From a virus: DNA of 64,000 bases. The position numbers were made by a program, and so were the translations under genes. This document shows positions 62,216 through 64,000 of this stretch, one piece after another. The stretch spans positions 1 through 64,000 of the IMG/VR virus record IMGVR_UViG_3300022188_000007; one strand, given 5' to 3'. Every line of letters begins with the position of its first letter. Position 1 is the first letter of the stretch. The notes below the pieces were generated by a model. That model saw nothing but the letters and a program-made list of their open reading frames with translations, did not search any database and had not been told where the DNA came from.

Positions 62216-64000
62216 ATGTCACTTAATATTACCCTAGATGGCTATGCTTATGATACAGATGTATCACTAGGCAATAGTGATATATACTATCAGGCTTATT
62301 TTTATAATAATAGTACCTCTTCTAGTTCGTCTAAATGGAATGATGTAAGGGTAATAGAAAGTTCTGGGTATTGGAACTGTAATTTAGGTGATAGTGATTT
62401 TTTAGGTCAAACCGGTGTCGTCTTAGCAGGTTCAAAAGTAGTACTGGTGTTTTGGAAAGGTGACCCAGATAGGACAGCTGACTGTGGAGTATTGACTGAG
62501 TGGGGAGCATTTGAATTGGATATAACATCAGCATCCTTTTATACTAATGATATCCAAACTAAGGTTAATATAGCGCCTAATTTAGTATGGGCTAATAATA
62601 TCCCAGCTCACGGCTACGTGAATACTACTTATACTATATCTAATAGTAGTACTGATGTACATGAATGGAATTTTACTGGTATATTGTCGCCTGGAAGCGT
62701 TACTATGAATCATTGGTACACACGCTATGGCCAGGATATAAACAGCGTTAATAGGATAGAATATACCGATTATGTGTGGGGGGATAGTGAGTCCTCTTTA
62801 GGATTAACTGGCACTACTAATGGTACCCATTCTTATGATACTGCTGGTACGTATACTATAGATATAGAAGTATTTGACTACTGCGGAGGCTCAATAACTG
62901 ATTCAGTAGAGGTTGATATGTATTGGCATATACCAGCTCCAAATATAACTAGATGTACTGAGGTTGGAGCAACACAAGGTAATACTATATATCCCCCAGA
63001 TACAGAGGTTTTCTTTAAGTATGTAGGTACAGATGTAGATGATACTATAACGTCCATAGACTGGATAATACACGACAGTGGGGCCTATGGAAATACAGAC
63101 ACTATAGTTACTGTTAGTAGGGATGATATAATAGCTCATACTGCGGGCGAGGGTACCTCATGGGATGGGCATGTTGCTACACCAGGGGCGTTTACAAATC
63201 CAGGCACTCGTAATGTATCGATGGTGGTCCATTGGTATGACGGCTATCAGTCTCAGACAGTGACTTATAATGAGAATTTTACTCAGTCTACATTCAGCGG
63301 CCCTCCAGTAGCCAATTTAATATGTAATGAAGCTACTGGTAATAATGTTCCAATACCAAGTACTCTAGTGTCTTTTGACTACACAGGTACTAATCCGGAT
63401 TCTAGGATAACCGGTATTGATTGGAATATTAATGATGATGCCACAGATACTGTTATAACTAATGTACCTTATAATACTACAGTACATCATACGGAAGGTC
63501 TGGGGGGAAGTTGGTATGGAAGTTTATCTACTCCAGGGGCATTTTCTAACTCTGGTAGCCACTCTATAGCTATCAAGGTACACTGGAACGATGGGTGGGC
63601 TGATAGAGAAGTTAATTACAGTGAGAATATCACACAAGGGCTGTTCTCAGGACCGGTGCTTAGTATGGATCAAGTACCACCTAAGGCAGTAGTAGCTAGT
63701 GGAGTAACATTTGTTAATACATCTACTAACATTGATAGGGTAGGATTAAGTCTACCAGACCATGAGGAGTATAAGTGGGTTTGGGCTGATAAATTCTTAG
63801 TAGAGTCTGAATTAGACAAACCTTATGAGTACGAGTTTACAAAGGTGCCCACCTCAGCACAATGTATAGTTTATTTATATGCTGATTGGTCAGATGGGTG
63901 GTCGCATAAAACATCTTGGATAGATGAGACTGTAGTCTTTGATACTACTGTGACCGTTACGCCTGAAGACTGCTATTATAGTATTAATATAATAGGTACT
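62216..64000 (+). CDS. PKD/Ig-like repeat virion protein, truncated by the window end (not in the ORF track)
   Basis: ATG directly after the HNH stop, apparently open to 64000. PKD motif YVWGD..THSYDTAGTYTI; two repeats F.Y.GT..D..IT.IDW.I.D..HT.G.G.SW.G..TPGAF.N.G..VHW.DG. Confidence 0.75.
   Translation, partial: MSLNITLDGYAYDTDVSLGNSDIYYQAYFYNNSTSSSSSKWNDVRVIESSGYWNCNLGDSDFLGQTGVVLAGSKVVLVFWKGDPDRTADCGVLTEWGAFELDITSASFYTNDIQTKVNIAPNLVWANNIPAHGYVNTTYTISNSSTDVHEWNFTGILSPGSVTMNHWYTRYGQDINSVNRIEYTDYVWGDSESSLGLTGTTNGTHSYDTAGTYTIDIEVFDYCGGSITDSVEVDMYWHIPAPNITRCTEVGATQGNTIYPPDTEVFFKYVGTDVDDTITSIDWIIHDSGAYGNTDTIVTVSRDDIIAHTAGEGTSWDGHVATPGAFTNPGTRNVSMVVHWYDGYQSQTVTYNENFTQSTFSGPPVANLICNEATGNNVPIPSTLVSFDYTGTNPDSRITGIDWNINDDATDTVITNVPYNTTVHHTEGLGGSWYGSLSTPGAFSNSGSHSIAIKVHWNDGWADREVNYSENITQGLFSGPVLSMDQVPPKAVVASGVTFVNTSTNIDRVGLSLPDHEEYKWVWADKFLVESELDKPYEYEFTKVPTSAQCIVYLYADWSDGWSHKTSWIDETVVFDTTVTVTPEDCYYSINIIGT

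Noticed and set aside
830-63139. Many minus-strand ORFs in the track (for example 830-1018, 15248-15559, 25619-26023, 47938-48324, 53929-54243, 59322-59687)
   Set aside because: They are antisense shadows of clear + strand genes, with no RBS or recognisable motifs. Only 9695-11219 is accepted on the minus strand.
1-64000. tRNA, tmRNA or rRNA genes
   Set aside because: No cloverleaf or T-loop signature was recognised in the intergenic regions by eye; a covariance-model scan would be needed to exclude them fully.
1-64000. Stop-codon reassignment
   Set aside because: Long conserved genes are intact in the standard code, and TAA, TAG and TGA all end genes at expected positions.

Overview
This window is 64 kb of an AT-rich, large tailed dsDNA bacteriophage genome (Caudoviricetes) read in the standard genetic code. 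Nearly every gene is on the + strand. Bases 1-640 are non-coding, unusually G/C-rich and repeat-laden. About 0.6-42 kb is an accessory region of small hypothetical genes, homing endonucleases, nucleotide and housekeeping genes (PhoH, dNMP kinase, HD hydrolase, Pth2, cold-shock protein, ClpP, M15 endolysin) and scattered adhesin-like genes. From 42 kb comes the morphogenesis module: terminase, portal, prohead protease, scaffold, decoration protein, major capsid protein and many fibre-like proteins, the last running off the window. The endolysin and host-like genes (hybrid histidine kinase, PAS-HisKA, PilZ, PEP-CTERM protein, sigma54-type promoter) suggest a Gram-negative host, probably Desulfobacterota (inference). 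The most unusual observations are: (1) an island at 9-13.3 kb with the only credible minus-strand genes (HprK-like kinase, RiPP-leader-like peptide, secreted protein), flanked by a QueC-like enzyme and a PEP-CTERM protein; (2) a ~37-aa RPT module shared by three dispersed adhesin-like proteins with different cargo domains; (3) a phage-specific TAAcTAACCT-N3-TA upstream motif in about 12 copies, alternating with sigma70 promoters that all have 16-bp spacers; (4) a T-x-S-G motif enriched in virion proteins; (5) a PAS-HisKA/PilZ/caspase operon; (6) a ClpP/coiled-coil/volactin-like actin operon. All family assignments come from motif recognition by eye; no searches were run.
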